Below, one piece after another: positions 9,517 to 20,814 of a DNA stretch of 64,000 bases. The first letter of the stretch is position 1. Each line of letters starts with the position of its first letter. The stretch is from Candidatus Omnitrophota bacterium (GTDB lineage Bacteria > Omnitrophota > Gorgyraeia > Zapsychrales > JANLHA01): positions 14,666-78,665 of the forward strand of contig JANPFV010000015.1 in NCBI GenBank assembly GCA_031423615.1, written 5' to 3'. The notes beneath the pieces are model-generated. The model did not search any database. It saw only the letters and a list, made by a program, of their open reading frames with translations, and was not told the DNA's origin. The position numbers and the translations under genes were made by a program.

Positions 9517-10223
9517 TGATCAGGGCCGACGGAAGAAAGTTCAATCAATTGCGTAAGATTACGGTCACGTGCCCTTTTAATAAGCATGCGGAGGGTTCGT
9601 GTTTGATCGAATTCGGCGATACCAAGGTCGCTTGTACTGCGACGGTGGAAGACAGTGTCCCGCCGTTTTTACGGAATTCCGGCAAAGGCTGGGTCACGGC
9701 CGAGTATGGCATGCTGCCCCGTTCGACCCATACGCGGATGAACCGCGACAAAACATTGACGACGGGACGGACCCTGGAAATCCAGCGTTTGATCGGGCGT
9801 TCTCTGCGGGCCATTCTTGATACCAGTAAGATGGGAGAGAGGACCATTAAAATCGATTGCGATGTTTTACAAGCTGACGGCGGAACACGTACGGCGTCGG
9901 TGACCGGCGGGTATATCGCCTTGGTTTTAGCGGTTAAAAAATTATTAAAGACCGGAATCCTGACCGTTAATCCCTTGACGGATTCCGTTGCGGCCGTTAG
10001 CGTCGGGATTTATAAAGGGCAGCCGGTTTTAGATTTGCCGTATGAGGAGGATTCTGCGGCCGACATGGACATGAATGTGGTCATGGTCGGCAAAGGACAA
10101 TTTGTCGAAGTGCAAGGCACAGCCGAGAAAAATTCTTTTTCCAAGAAAGACATGGATCAGCTTTTAAAATTAGCGGAAACGGGAATTAAAAAACTAAAAA
10201 CCATCCAGAAAAAATATGCGTGA
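9516..10223 (+). CDS. rph: Ribonuclease PH
   Basis: [33 protein letters not shown]. Confidence 0.96.
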   Translation: MIRADGRKFNQLRKITVTCPFNKHAEGSCLIEFGDTKVACTATVEDSVPPFLRNSGKGWVTAEYGMLPRSTHTRMNRDKTLTTGRTLEIQRLIGRSLRAILDTSKMGERTIKIDCDVLQADGGTRTASVTGGYIALVLAVKKLLKTGILTVNPLTDSVAAVSVGIYKGQPVLDLPYEEDSAADMDMNVVMVGKGQFVEVQGTAEKNSFSKKDMDQLLKLAETGIKKLKTIQKKYA

Positions 10224-10827
10224 ACTGCTCGTCGCCACCAAGAATCAGGGCAAGATGCGGGAAATCCGTGAACTTCTCAAGGAGTTTGATGTTAAAGTGA
10301 CTTCATTGGCGGATTATCCGGATTGCCCTGCGATTGTTGAAGACGGAAAGACTTTCAAAGCCAATGCGATCAAGAAAGCGATGGTCATTGGCCAGCATAC
10401 CGGAAAATTGACCTTGGGCGAAGATTCCGGTTTACAAGTCAAGGCCTTGAAAAACCAGCCGGGCATTTATTCCGCGCGTTTTTCTGGCCCGGACGCGACG
10501 GACGAAAAAAACAACAATAAATTGTTGGCCTCGTTGAAAAATGTTTCTTTGACCCATCGCCAAGCCCGCTATCGCTGTGTCGCCGCTTTATGTGAAGGAG
10601 AAAAGCTTGTCGGAGTCGTTGAGGGCAGCTGTGCGGGGATGATCATCGATAAACGTCGAGGGAAAAACGGGTTTGGTTACGATCCGCTTTTTTTAATTCC
10701 CCGTTATCAACGAACATTTGGCGAACTTGATCCGGCCATTAAAGCGCAAATCAGCCATCGCGCCCGCGCCTTAAAGAAGCTCAAAATTTTTCTGGCGCAA
10801 TATTTTAAATCCCACGGACAAAAATGA
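10216..10827 (+). CDS. rdgB: Non-canonical purine NTP pyrophosphatase (XTP/dITP)
   Basis: [26 protein letters not shown]. Confidence 0.95.
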   Translation: MRELLVATKNQGKMREIRELLKEFDVKVTSLADYPDCPAIVEDGKTFKANAIKKAMVIGQHTGKLTLGEDSGLQVKALKNQPGIYSARFSGPDATDEKNNNKLLASLKNVSLTHRQARYRCVAALCEGEKLVGVVEGSCAGMIIDKRRGKNGFGYDPLFLIPRYQRTFGELDPAIKAQISHRARALKKLKIFLAQYFKSHGQK

Positions 10828-10921
10828 TTATTTGGATGAACTTCTCCTGAAAAGAAAAATCTCTATTAAAGCAAGACTGTTTCCCCCCCAAAGTAGAATT
10901 CTCTTTTATGTGTCGGGTCAA

Positions 10922-13708
10922 TTAATGGTCGAGAATATCTTCCATCATGCCGGTGATTCCCTGAAAGATTGATCCTGTGGTTTTTTCCAGCATTTTCAAG
11001 GGAAGGATTTTGTATTTGATCTGGGGTTCAGAAAATGTTCCGGTGAGTTTGATTCCGATGATATTCTTTACCACTTGCGAAATGATGGTGGTGGGTACCG
11101 CTTGGATAACCGAAGCCCCGACAAGCGGTGCTTCGCGAACTTTCGCAATCACGTCAAAATTGATATTACGGTCTAGGTCTATCCAGCCTCGCGCTGAAAG
11201 ATCGGCGGGAACGCTCTTTAAAATCAAATCTTCCGTGGAAAGCCGTCCCCCCGCTATTTTGAAAGACGCTTTTCCTTCGGCAAATTCAATTCTTTTATAA
11301 TCCTCCACGATCAAGCTGTTAAACAAGATCTTCCATATCCCTTTGAGCACTTCAAATTCAAGCAGTTTCCCGTTATTGACAAGGATTGCGCCGGTGCCCT
11401 TTAAATTCTTAGGGTTGAAAAAAGGTCCGCTCATTTTCAAGTTAGCTGATAAAGTCCCGGAAAAATCTTTTTTTTCTAAAGAAGGAAAATTCTTTTTCAG
11501 TTGGGATAAATCAAATCCGGAAATTTCTGCCGAGATATCCACGGGGACATTCTCCGCCGTCAGTGCTAACTTTGCATCGACAGAAAGACGGCCGTCATAA
11601 ATGACCGTGGTGAGTTTTATATCTTTCACATTTTCTTCGCGCGTCGAGCAATCCGCCGCTATATTTTGAAAATTATATCCATAAAGGGTGACAGAAGGGG
11701 AGGTGATTTTTGCCGAGAGATTCAGTTTCTGTAAAGACATGGCCGGTAAAATATATTCCCCTTTAAAGGTGACAACCCCCGCGGGAGAAATCGCTTCCAA
11801 ATTCTCCGGCGGATCTTTCAATAAGGCGAGATCGGTAAGATCGAGTTGAATCATGCCCTTGAGGTGAGCATTGGGAGGGGTGCTGCGGATTTCGATGTCG
11901 CCTGTGAGATCAAATGAGGATTTGTAATATTGCCCGCGAAGGGAGGAAAATGAAATGATGTTTTCATCTGCCGTGCCAGTTAAGGACACTTTTAAATTTT
12001 CTTTTGAAAGAGTCGCCTGGATTTGCGGGGCCTTGAAATTTTTTATTGTTCCGGATAAAGAAATGGGCTTATGCTGGAACACAAAATTTAAGTTTTCACT
12101 GGAAGCTTGGTCGCGGCTGAAAGAAAGTTTGCCTTTGAGATTTTTTATCCCCCCGATTTTTGGAAGACCCAGTAAAGTATCATCGGCGAAGAAAATGGCG
12201 CCGCTGTAATTGAGACGTCCGGAGTCGATCTGAGGGTCGCGGTTTAAGACAAGGTCAAAAGCGGGATGGCCTTCGAATTTTATTTGCGGGGACGTTGTGA
12301 TGCTCAGGTTCTGTGTCTTAAAATGCCCTTGCCCGGTAAGGACGGAATGATCATCGGTTATATTGATATTTTCTCCGTCGATATTTCCGCTGATCATTTT
12401 GTCCAGAAAAAAACCGGTCACGCTTTGAGAGGAAAAGTTCGGAACCTTTAAAACGATGTCTGCGTCCTTCTTCAGGATTTTTATTGCGGCGGTGCTGAGA
12501 CCAGCCGTGATGTCCCAAACCTCATCTTTGAAAGTCCCCTTGGTGATTTTAACAAGGCCGGAAAGGTCAAGCGCGGAACCTTGTTTGTTAAAGCGGACAC
12601 TTTTAACCTCGGTATCGCCGGTCAAGGTCTGGCCCGCAAAAATCATTTTTGCTTCCCGGTCGAATACATCCCCTGTCATGTGAAACTGATCCCCTCTTTT
12701 TTGAAAATCAATATTTGTGCCGGAGAAATTCCCCGCAAATGTTTTGTCATTATTAATGGTGATCGCTGTATTCGGGGCCAAGAACTTGCCTCGCACATCG
12801 AAATCACGGCCTTTTTTACGGTAGATAAAATTTTCCGAAATCACGGTCCCCTTCGTCCGTACCGCGGGAGAGGTCTTCGTCGTAATATCGACGGTGCCGG
12901 CCATGGAACCGGCCAGCAGAAATTCTCCATCCTTAAATTTGAAATTCAGTTCGGCTGTTGTGATCAGCCATTGATCAAAAACAACATACAGGGGGACTCC
13001 CGTCAAGCTGATAAAGGCCGGAGGGTTCAAATTTTTTATGTCAATCACCGCCTTCAATTCTTTATTCGCAGTGATAAATTCTCCGTTGGCCTTGAATGTG
13101 GAATGGCTGACCGGGACCCCAAACGCCACGGTCAAATGAACACGGTCAGGCAGAAGCGTATGGACGCTGGCTTCCAGGTCCGTGATGGTTTGCGTGGCGT
13201 GCGGGTCGGAAATGATGATCTGACCATTTTCGATATTGACTCCACCGAGGGAAAAGCGGGATTCTTGCGGTTTAATTTTGGCGGCGCCTTGGGGTGATGT
13301 TTTACTGTCGGTCTTGGGCGTTAAGAGATCGGAAAAATTCCATTGGTTGTCGGTGATACGATTGATGTGAATAAGGGGTTTCTGCAAGGTGATGGCCGGG
13401 ATAAAGACTCGTCCGGTCCGCAAAAGGTCAGGCAAAGGAACACTAAAACGGACTTCTTCGACCATGACAAAAGGCAAAGGGCTGTTTCCTTTTTCTCCCA
13501 CACGGACCCCTTGGAGTACAAAACCTTTGGCCAGATGAAAACTCATTTTATCGATCGTGACCTCACGTTTGAAAAAAATCTTGGCTTTCGTCGTAATAAA
13601 ATTCTTGGCTTGAATGGGAAGAAAAACAGTGTTGAGATAGAAGAGGGCTGTCTCTGCCAATAAAAGAAGAAGACAGAGAATGAAGATGGTCTTTTTCAAA
13701 CGGTGCAT
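10922..13708 (-). CDS. Large AsmA-like/DUF748-type membrane-anchored beta-rich protein
   Basis: N-terminal TM helix, WNFSDLL motif, repetitive beta-strand body, AsmA-like C-terminus; ATG 13708 chosen from promoter position. Confidence 0.75.
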   Translation of the reverse strand: MHRLKKTIFILCLLLLLAETALFYLNTVFLPIQAKNFITTKAKIFFKREVTIDKMSFHLAKGFVLQGVRVGEKGNSPLPFVMVEEVRFSVPLPDLLRTGRVFIPAITLQKPLIHINRITDNQWNFSDLLTPKTDSKTSPQGAAKIKPQESRFSLGGVNIENGQIIISDPHATQTITDLEASVHTLLPDRVHLTVAFGVPVSHSTFKANGEFITANKELKAVIDIKNLNPPAFISLTGVPLYVVFDQWLITTAELNFKFKDGEFLLAGSMAGTVDITTKTSPAVRTKGTVISENFIYRKKGRDFDVRGKFLAPNTAITINNDKTFAGNFSGTNIDFQKRGDQFHMTGDVFDREAKMIFAGQTLTGDTEVKSVRFNKQGSALDLSGLVKITKGTFKDEVWDITAGLSTAAIKILKKDADIVLKVPNFSSQSVTGFFLDKMISGNIDGENINITDDHSVLTGQGHFKTQNLSITTSPQIKFEGHPAFDLVLNRDPQIDSGRLNYSGAIFFADDTLLGLPKIGGIKNLKGKLSFSRDQASSENLNFVFQHKPISLSGTIKNFKAPQIQATLSKENLKVSLTGTADENIISFSSLRGQYYKSSFDLTGDIEIRSTPPNAHLKGMIQLDLTDLALLKDPPENLEAISPAGVVTFKGEYILPAMSLQKLNLSAKITSPSVTLYGYNFQNIAADCSTREENVKDIKLTTVIYDGRLSVDAKLALTAENVPVDISAEISGFDLSQLKKNFPSLEKKDFSGTLSANLKMSGPFFNPKNLKGTGAILVNNGKLLEFEVLKGIWKILFNSLIVEDYKRIEFAEGKASFKIAGGRLSTEDLILKSVPADLSARGWIDLDRNINFDVIAKVREAPLVGASVIQAVPTTIISQVVKNIIGIKLTGTFSEPQIKYKILPLKMLEKTTGSIFQGITGMMEDILDH

Positions 13709-13714
13709 GACGGC

Positions 13715-13743
13715 ATTATATAGAAAGTGTCCCTGCTGTTCAA
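13715..13743 (-). promoter_or_regulatory. Sigma70 promoter giving a near-leaderless mRNA
   Basis: TTGAAC-N17-TATAAT with ATG 6 nt downstream and no Shine-Dalgarno. Confidence 0.65.
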
Positions 13744-13868
13744 GGTTCGCCCAAAATGTTCTTAACAAGAATAATCGGTGATTTTATTGATTTTGGAAGA
13801 TGGTTATAGTAAATTAAAGGCATTCAAAGAACGATCCGCGCGTCCCGTTTTTAAAAAGCCAGAGGTCT

Positions 13869-14765
13869 ATGGTTCCAAGTTCTGCACAATTATTATCGCA
13901 AGTTGCTGTTCCGCTGGACACCGATTACATCGGCATTTATCTGACCAATCGCTGCTTTTTATCCTGTCCTTATTGCATTACCAATTACAATGAACAATTT
14001 ATCAATTTAAAAATTTTTCGCGAGTTAGAACCCGACGAATGGATCGAGGCGTTGAACCGTTTGGTTCTGCCGCCGGGTGTGCCGTTGACATTTCAAGGAG
14101 GGGAACCTTTTATTTACAAAGGCATTTGGGAAATTTTAGAAAATATTCATCATAAGGTCGATATTCTGACCGCGCTTCCGCCGCAAGTCACCGTCGAAAA
14201 ATTTAAACAGCTCAAGAAGATGAACTGGCACCGCCGGGACGCCCCTTACCCAGCGATCCGGGTGAGTTATCATAAAGGCCAGAACGACTATAAGCAGCTC
14301 GTCGCTCGCATTAAGGAATTGCAGGAATTTTTAAGTATCGGTCTTTTTACCGTTGAACACCCGGCGTACCCGGAATTAATCGAAGAGGTTCGCGCTTATG
14401 CCAATGAGCATGGTGTAGAGTTTCGCACCAAATCTTTTTTAGGCGAATGGGAAGGAAAAACATACAGCCGTTACAAATATCCCGATGCCTGCGGCAGCCG
14501 TCCTATAAAAAAAAATGTCAGGTGTAAAAATACAGTCTTCCCGATCGGGCCCGATGGAAATATTTACCGCTGCCATTCGGATTTATATGGCCGCCGACAG
14601 GACATGGTCATTGGAAATCTAATGGATCCGGAATTAAAAATGGAGCACCGTCATCGCCATTGTGCTTTTTACGGGACGTGTATCCCCTGTGATGTCAAAA
14701 TCAAGACCAACCACCTTCAGCAAGACGGTTATACGTCGATTGATATTCTCTTCGAGGATGAGTAA
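13869..14765 (+). CDS. Radical SAM protein with C-terminal SPASM/twitch-like cysteines
   Basis: CFLSCPYC, GGEP, C-terminal C...IYRCH...C...CIPCD. Confidence 0.85.
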   Translation: MVPSSAQLLSQVAVPLDTDYIGIYLTNRCFLSCPYCITNYNEQFINLKIFRELEPDEWIEALNRLVLPPGVPLTFQGGEPFIYKGIWEILENIHHKVDILTALPPQVTVEKFKQLKKMNWHRRDAPYPAIRVSYHKGQNDYKQLVARIKELQEFLSIGLFTVEHPAYPELIEEVRAYANEHGVEFRTKSFLGEWEGKTYSRYKYPDACGSRPIKKNVRCKNTVFPIGPDGNIYRCHSDLYGRRQDMVIGNLMDPELKMEHRHRHCAFYGTCIPCDVKIKTNHLQQDGYTSIDILFEDE

Positions 14766-15687
14766 TCCCAAAAGAATTCTCATAATCAAGACCGGATTTT
14801 CCGAGTTTCTTGATCGCGGCATCTCGACGACCGTGAGTCTGGGCGATGTGCTCTTTTGCACGGCGCTTTTGCATGTGTATAAGGATGACCATGTCACTTG
14901 GATGACGGCGTGGCCGGTCCGGGAGTTGTTGACGGCAAATCCTTTGATTGATGAGCTTTTGATTTTTGGTCCTAAAGTTTTCGAGGAAATCAAGAATCGT
15001 GAATTTGATATTCTGGTTAATTTGGAAAAAGACATCGGCATCTGCACCTATCTGAGCCAGATCAAAGCCAAGAAACGCTATGGATTTTATTTTAATGAAC
15101 GTCTGCACGATATCTCGACGTATAAACCATCCACGCGTTATCTGCTGGCTGGCCAGGAAAACCACCGTGGGGTGGACAAGAATTTTTTTGAGATTTTGTA
15201 TGAGACGGTCGGTCACAAGTGGCGGGGCCAAGGCGCTTGTTTGCCGGCGAGAAAAGTGCGCAAGGAAAGATTTGATTTTGGCTTTAATCACGCGGTCGGA
15301 TCCAAATGGCCGACCAAGGCGTGGTCGCAAGGGCAATGGAAAAAGTTGGAACACATTTTAGAAAAAAATTATACCATCAGTTGGCAGGAAGGATTTTCAA
15401 ACCTCAAGAAATATCAGGATTGGCTAAGTTCCTGCCGGGTCATTGTAACGTCCGATTCGTTGGGGCAAGTGCTGGGGCAGGCCTTGGGAAGAAAAGTCGT
15501 CAGTCTTTACGGTCCGACGGATTTCCGCCGGGTGAAAGGCATTCCCAATATTTTTCCGATCCCGGCGAAGATGGCGTGTCCGCATATGCCTTGCTATTTG
15601 TTAACCTGTAAACATCATCAATTTTGCATGGACACGATCATGCCGGAAGAAGTGGCCGAGGAGTGTCAAAGGGTCTTATCATCATGA
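14758..15687 (+). CDS. Glycosyltransferase family 9 (heptosyltransferase-like)
   Basis: SLGDVL, GSKWPTKAW, TSDS...LYGPT. Confidence 0.85.
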   Translation: MSNPKRILIIKTGFSEFLDRGISTTVSLGDVLFCTALLHVYKDDHVTWMTAWPVRELLTANPLIDELLIFGPKVFEEIKNREFDILVNLEKDIGICTYLSQIKAKKRYGFYFNERLHDISTYKPSTRYLLAGQENHRGVDKNFFEILYETVGHKWRGQGACLPARKVRKERFDFGFNHAVGSKWPTKAWSQGQWKKLEHILEKNYTISWQEGFSNLKKYQDWLSSCRVIVTSDSLGQVLGQALGRKVVSLYGPTDFRRVKGIPNIFPIPAKMACPHMPCYLLTCKHHQFCMDTIMPEEVAEECQRVLSS

Positions 15688-16676
15688 AAAAAGTTTTCGT
15701 CACGGGTGGGGCCGGTTATGTCGGCGCGGTGCTGGTCCCTAAATTACTCAAGGCGGGTTATGAGGTCAAAGTGCTTGACCTTTATCTATATGGTGAGGAT
15801 GTTTTTCACGAATACAAATCCCACCCGCATCTTATCGAGATCAAAGGAGATCTTCGTGATGTCGCCTTGTTGGAAAGGGAAATCGCCGGCATGGATGCGG
15901 TCATTCATCTGGCCTGCATTTCTAATGACCCCAGTTACGAACTCAATCCCGCGCTCGGAAAGTCTATCAATTACGACGCTTTTCTGCCTTTGGTTGCCAT
16001 CGCCAAACAACACAAAGTGTCCCGTTTTATTTTTGCTTCCTCGTCGAGCGTTTATGGATTAAAAGATGATCCTCATGTCACGGAAGATCTTCCTTTGGCT
16101 CCCTTAACCGATTATTCCAAATACAAGGCGATGTGCGAGAAACATTTATTGGCAGAACAGGCTAAAGATTTTATCGTGGTCATTTTGCGTCCGGCCACGG
16201 TGTGCGGATATTCCCCGCGCCTGCGTTTGGATTTGACCGTCAATATTTTGACCAATCACGCTATCAACAAAGGACTGATCACCGTTTTCGGCGGAAAGCA
16301 AAAACGCCCCAATATTCACATTGAGGACGTCACGGATTTGTACGTGCAGACTTTGGAACTCCCCCCAGAGAAAATTGCCGGTCAGATTTTTAATGCCGGA
16401 TATGAAAATCATACCTTAGATGAGATTGCGGATATGGTCCGTCAGGTCATTAAAAATCCTCATCTTAAGATTGTCCATCAAACGACCGACGACAATCGGT
16501 CCTATCATATTTCATCAGAAAAAATCGGCCAGGCTTTGGGATTCCGTCCCCGCCATACAATTGAGCATGCGGTGGCCGATTTAAAGCAAGCCTTTGCGGA
16601 AGGTAAAATTCCGGATGCCATGACAGATTCGAAATATTACAATATTAAGACCATGCAGAAGATGGAATTGCAATGA
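15684..16676 (+). CDS. NAD-dependent epimerase/dehydratase
   Basis: VTGGAGYVG, SSSSVYG, YSKYK. Confidence 0.9.
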   Translation: MKKVFVTGGAGYVGAVLVPKLLKAGYEVKVLDLYLYGEDVFHEYKSHPHLIEIKGDLRDVALLEREIAGMDAVIHLACISNDPSYELNPALGKSINYDAFLPLVAIAKQHKVSRFIFASSSSVYGLKDDPHVTEDLPLAPLTDYSKYKAMCEKHLLAEQAKDFIVVILRPATVCGYSPRLRLDLTVNILTNHAINKGLITVFGGKQKRPNIHIEDVTDLYVQTLELPPEKIAGQIFNAGYENHTLDEIADMVRQVIKNPHLKIVHQTTDDNRSYHISSEKIGQALGFRPRHTIEHAVADLKQAFAEGKIPDAMTDSKYYNIKTMQKMELQ

Positions 16677-18763
16677 ATTTGAAAGCCGCTCCGCGGGAGG
16701 ATATAAAGCAAAAAGATATCGTTTCGTTGTGGCGTTCCATGCTGCGGATCCGCCGGGTTGAGGAAAGGATCATTCTTCTTTATCCTCAGCAGGACATGCG
16801 CTGTCCGGTGCATTTGTGCATTGGCCAAGAGGCTGTGCCCGCTGGGATTTGTCATGTTTTATCGCCGGAAGATTTGGTGTTAAGCAATCATCGCGCCCAC
16901 GGTCACTACTTGGCCAAAGGCGGAAATTTAAAAGCGATGTTTGCAGAAATGTATGGCAAAGCCGGCGGCTGTTGTCTGGGTCGCGGCGGATCGATGCATT
17001 TGCTTGATTTGAAAGCCAACTTTTTAGGTTCAACGCCCATAGTGGGGGGCTCCATTCCTGTTGCGACCGGAGTGGCTTTCGCCGAGAAAATGCAGGCTAC
17101 CGGTAAAACCACCGTTGCCTTCTTTGGTGATGCCGCTGTCGAAGAAGGCGTCTTTCATGAAAGCCTGAATTTTGCCGCTTTAAAAAATTTATCCATTCTT
17201 TTTGTCTGTGAAAATAATTTGTATTCCGTTTATACGCCGCTCAATCAGCGTCAACCTCGTCGAGATATTGCCCAATTGGCCGCAGGACATGGTATCAAAA
17301 CCATCCGGGCTGATGGGAATGATATTTTTGCGGTTGTCGCGGCGGCGCAAAAGGCGCAAGAATATTTAGCCGCAGGCTGCGGGCCCGTCTTTTTGGAGTT
17401 TGCCACCTACCGCTGGCGGGAGCACTGCGGACCTAATGATGACAATGATTTAGGTTATCGCACTCCGGAAGAATTTTTAATTAAAAAAATGGAATGCCCT
17501 CTGGAGCGTTTAAAAGAATATATCGTTAAAGAAGACATTTTAAACGCAGCGCAGATCCAAGCCATGGAAGAAGACATCGCCGTTGAAATCGATGAGGCTG
17601 TTGCGTTTGCCAAGGACAGCGCTTATCCTGCGCAAGATGTTTCCTTAGAAGATGTTTATAGCCCATCGTTACCGGCCATACATACGGAAAGTCCAACTCG
17701 TGAGTTGACCTATAGCGCCGCGATCCGCGAAGCCACCGATCTTTTGCTGGCTTCTGATCCGAACATTTTTTTGATAGGCGAAGGTGTTCCCGACCCCAAA
17801 GGGATTTTTGGCACCACCGTCGGCTTGCAGAAAAAATATGGAGCCCAGCGGGTCATGGACATGCCGGTTTCCGAAAGCGGCATGACCGGCATTTGCATCG
17901 GCGCCGCCCTGCGCGGAATGAGGCCTTTGATGACCCATCAGCGTGTGGATTTTTCTCTGTTCGCTCTCGATCAAATTATTAACAATGCTGCAAAATGGTA
18001 TTTTATGTTTGGCAAAAAAGCTTCGGTACCGCTGGTGATCCGCATGATCATTGGTCGCGGGTGGGGACAGGGGGCGCAACATTCGCAGAATTTGGCTTCG
18101 CTTTTTGCCCACATTCCGGGATTAAAAGTCATCATGCCTGCGTTTGCCTGCGACGCAAAAGGAATGCTGATTGCGGCCGTGCGAGACAATAATCCGGTGC
18201 TGTGTTTGGAACACCGCTGGTTATACAATTTAAAATCCTTCGTTCCGACGGAAAGTTACACGATTCCTCTGGGGCAGGCGCAGGTGATCCGCCGTGGGGA
18301 TGACGCGACGGTTGTGGCCAGTTCCCATATGGTTATCGAGGCTCTCAAGGCCAGCCAAATTTTGGAAAAAGAAAATATTCATTTCGATGTGGTGGATTTA
18401 AGGACAATCAAGCCGCTGGATTATGAAACGATACGCGTTTCGCTTAAAAAAACCGGAAGGTTGATCGTTTTGGATTCCGGTTGGCCTTTTGCCGGTATCG
18501 GTTCTGAGATCATGGCCCGCGCCACCGAAGAGAATTTTAGCGACATGAAAACCGCTCCGCGCCGCGTGACCTTACCGGACATTCCGGTCCCGTCGGCAGC
18601 GGCTTTAACCAAGAATTTTTATCCCGGATTCCGGCAGATCGTAGAAAATATTTTATTGAGTTTGGGAAAAGAAATGACCGACATTGAGCAGATAGTGTCA
18701 CGCATTCCCGTCGAGCAAACACCGCACGACGTTCCTGACCCGACCTTTACCGGACCGTTCTAA
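16673..18763 (+). CDS. Fused TPP-dependent dehydrogenase E1 alpha+beta-like protein
   Basis: HLCIGQEA, GRGGSMH, GDAA...ENN (alpha); DMPVSE, GAQHSQ, DLRTIKPLD (beta). Confidence 0.88.
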   Translation: MNLKAAPREDIKQKDIVSLWRSMLRIRRVEERIILLYPQQDMRCPVHLCIGQEAVPAGICHVLSPEDLVLSNHRAHGHYLAKGGNLKAMFAEMYGKAGGCCLGRGGSMHLLDLKANFLGSTPIVGGSIPVATGVAFAEKMQATGKTTVAFFGDAAVEEGVFHESLNFAALKNLSILFVCENNLYSVYTPLNQRQPRRDIAQLAAGHGIKTIRADGNDIFAVVAAAQKAQEYLAAGCGPVFLEFATYRWREHCGPNDDNDLGYRTPEEFLIKKMECPLERLKEYIVKEDILNAAQIQAMEEDIAVEIDEAVAFAKDSAYPAQDVSLEDVYSPSLPAIHTESPTRELTYSAAIREATDLLLASDPNIFLIGEGVPDPKGIFGTTVGLQKKYGAQRVMDMPVSESGMTGICIGAALRGMRPLMTHQRVDFSLFALDQIINNAAKWYFMFGKKASVPLVIRMIIGRGWGQGAQHSQNLASLFAHIPGLKVIMPAFACDAKGMLIAAVRDNNPVLCLEHRWLYNLKSFVPTESYTIPLGQAQVIRRGDDATVVASSHMVIEALKASQILEKENIHFDVVDLRTIKPLDYETIRVSLKKTGRLIVLDSGWPFAGIGSEIMARATEENFSDMKTAPRRVTLPDIPVPSAAALTKNFYPGFRQIVENILLSLGKEMTDIEQIVSRIPVEQTPHDVPDPTFTGPF

Positions 18764-19983
18764 TGAGCCCGTTGACGAAAATAGATTTTGATCAGTTTAC
18801 TGATATCGCCTTTACGACGAGAGCAGCGTGCGTGGTTTGCGACTCGCCTTGTGAGGAAGCGGTGATTGATTTGCCCCGTTTTCCTTTGACAGAAATTTTT
18901 GTCGAAGAAAAGATCGACTACGGTCTGGGTCTCGTAGACCAGAAATTCCACCTTTGCAACATTTGCGGGCATGGACAGCTGGCCCATCTCATTGATAAAA
19001 ATATTCTCTACGGGCATTGTTACCGGACACGCACTTCCGTAAGTCCCTCGGCGATCGGAGCGCTGGATGTTTTTAGGATTTTCATCGATAAAATTCTTGG
19101 AAACCATAAGGTCAAAACACTTTTGGAGATCGGTTGCAATGACCTTTATTTTCTTCAGAAGTTAAGGGACAAGGCGGACATTTTATATGGTATTGATCCG
19201 ATTCTTAAAGATCAAGATCAGACTGATGATAAAATCAAATTGATCGGCGATTTTTTTGAAAATGTAGACTTGCAGGCGGCGGGCATCCGGGCTGATATTA
19301 TTTTATCGAGCCACACCTTTGAGCATGTGGAGCGTCCGGCAGAGTTGTTGGAAAAATTGCTGGCCAGCGCCAGCGACGACGCCTTATTTTTTTTCCAGTT
19401 CCCGGGATTGGAGTCATTGGTCCGTGACGCCCGCTTTGACCAGATGTTTCATCAGCACCTGAATTACTTTTCTGAAAGTTCGATAGGATATCTTTTGAAG
19501 AAATTGGGTGCCGAGGTGATTGACATTCAAGTCAACCCGTATCACTGGGGGGCCTTGATGATTGCGTTTCGTAAAAAAAAGAATCCGGTAAATTCCGTCG
19601 GCGCCCCTGCGGTCAGCGCTAACTCAGTCAAACGCCAATATCAGGTTTTTAAAAACGGAATGACGGTGACGTCGGACAGACTGGCGGCTCTGGATAATGA
19701 ATCGCTTTATGGTTTTGGCGCCGCTCTGATGATGCCGGTTTTGGATTATTATCTTAACGGTTTGCGGCGGATCAAATACATCATTGACGATGACAAGCAC
19801 AAAGAAAATTTATTTTATTTGAATTTTCCCGTACAAATTAAAGGAACACAACAGATCAAAAATATAAAGGACGCCGTGATTGTGCTGACAGCAATATATT
19901 CTTTGACGGCCCAGCGCGCGATTCTAAAGAAATTGATCGATATGAAAATCAAGCAGATCATTCTCCCTATCAATCTCGTTTAA
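18763..19983 (+). CDS. NDP-sugar C-methyltransferase-like SAM-dependent methyltransferase
   Basis: Zn site CVVC...CNICG, EIGCND, HTFEH, HQHLNYFS, C-terminal YGFGA domain. Confidence 0.8.
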   Translation: MSPLTKIDFDQFTDIAFTTRAACVVCDSPCEEAVIDLPRFPLTEIFVEEKIDYGLGLVDQKFHLCNICGHGQLAHLIDKNILYGHCYRTRTSVSPSAIGALDVFRIFIDKILGNHKVKTLLEIGCNDLYFLQKLRDKADILYGIDPILKDQDQTDDKIKLIGDFFENVDLQAAGIRADIILSSHTFEHVERPAELLEKLLASASDDALFFFQFPGLESLVRDARFDQMFHQHLNYFSESSIGYLLKKLGAEVIDIQVNPYHWGALMIAFRKKKNPVNSVGAPAVSANSVKRQYQVFKNGMTVTSDRLAALDNESLYGFGAALMMPVLDYYLNGLRRIKYIIDDDKHKENLFYLNFPVQIKGTQQIKNIKDAVIVLTAIYSLTAQRAILKKLIDMKIKQIILPINLV

Positions 19984-20011
19984 GAAAATAAAGAAGGCAT
20001 GAGGTAGGCCC

Positions 20012-20806
20012 ATGGACTTAGGGATAAAAGGCAAAAAAGCTTTGGTCACGGGTGGTGCGTCGGGGATAGGACAGGCTATTGCCATGGATTTGGCCAAGGA
20101 AGGCGTGAAAGTTTTCATAACGTCCCGTGAGGATGCGAAATTGAAAAAGGCCATGACAATGTTAGGCGGTAAAAAGGCAGGGCACAGTTTCTTGAAATGT
20201 GACATTGCCGATGACCAGGGTCCTGAGAAACTAATCCAAGTCCTGCACAAAGATTTTGGCCATCCGGATATTGTCGTTAATAATGTGGGCAGCGCCTTTG
20301 GCATCACGGACCCTTATTGTCCGACGAGCGATTGGAGAAAGTTTTTCCGTTTGAATTTTGAAGTGGCTGTTGAGATCAATAATCTTTTGCTCCCGCACAT
20401 GAAAAAACAAAACTGGGGTAGGATTGTGACAATCACATCCGGCGCGGCGTTAGAAAACAGCGGGCCGGTGCCGTATTGCGCGGCCAAGGCGGCTTTGGGC
20501 GCTTATACCCGTTCCATGGGCCGCGTTCTCGCAACAGAAGCTCAGAATGTTGTCATGACCGCCGTCATGCCCGGCGTTGTTTTAACGGAAGGCGGACATT
20601 GGGAACATGTTTTAAAGGAGCGTCCTGAGCATGCAGAAAAGTATTTACGGGAAAGATCTCCTCTGGGCCGTTTTGGAAAAACCAGCGAGATCAGTCCCAT
20701 GGTTATTTTTTTATGTTCAAAAATGGCGAGTTTTTGTCACGGGGCGATTGTTCCTGTCGATGCTGGCCAAGCCAAACATTTTATGTCTTTTAATTATTTG
20801 TCTTAA
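20012..20806 (+). CDS. Short-chain dehydrogenase/reductase
   Basis: TGGASGIG, NNVG, YCAAK. Confidence 0.9.
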   Translation: MDLGIKGKKALVTGGASGIGQAIAMDLAKEGVKVFITSREDAKLKKAMTMLGGKKAGHSFLKCDIADDQGPEKLIQVLHKDFGHPDIVVNNVGSAFGITDPYCPTSDWRKFFRLNFEVAVEINNLLLPHMKKQNWGRIVTITSGAALENSGPVPYCAAKAALGAYTRSMGRVLATEAQNVVMTAVMPGVVLTEGGHWEHVLKERPEHAEKYLRERSPLGRFGKTSEISPMVIFLCSKMASFCHGAIVPVDAGQAKHFMSFNYLS

Positions 20807-20814
20807 GGACTGTC

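Noticed and set aside
12581-13297. Long shadow ORFs (also 14701-15354, 21955-22563, 23064-23705, 24088-24873, 30422-31126)
   Set aside because: Antisense to well-supported genes and without recognisable motifs.
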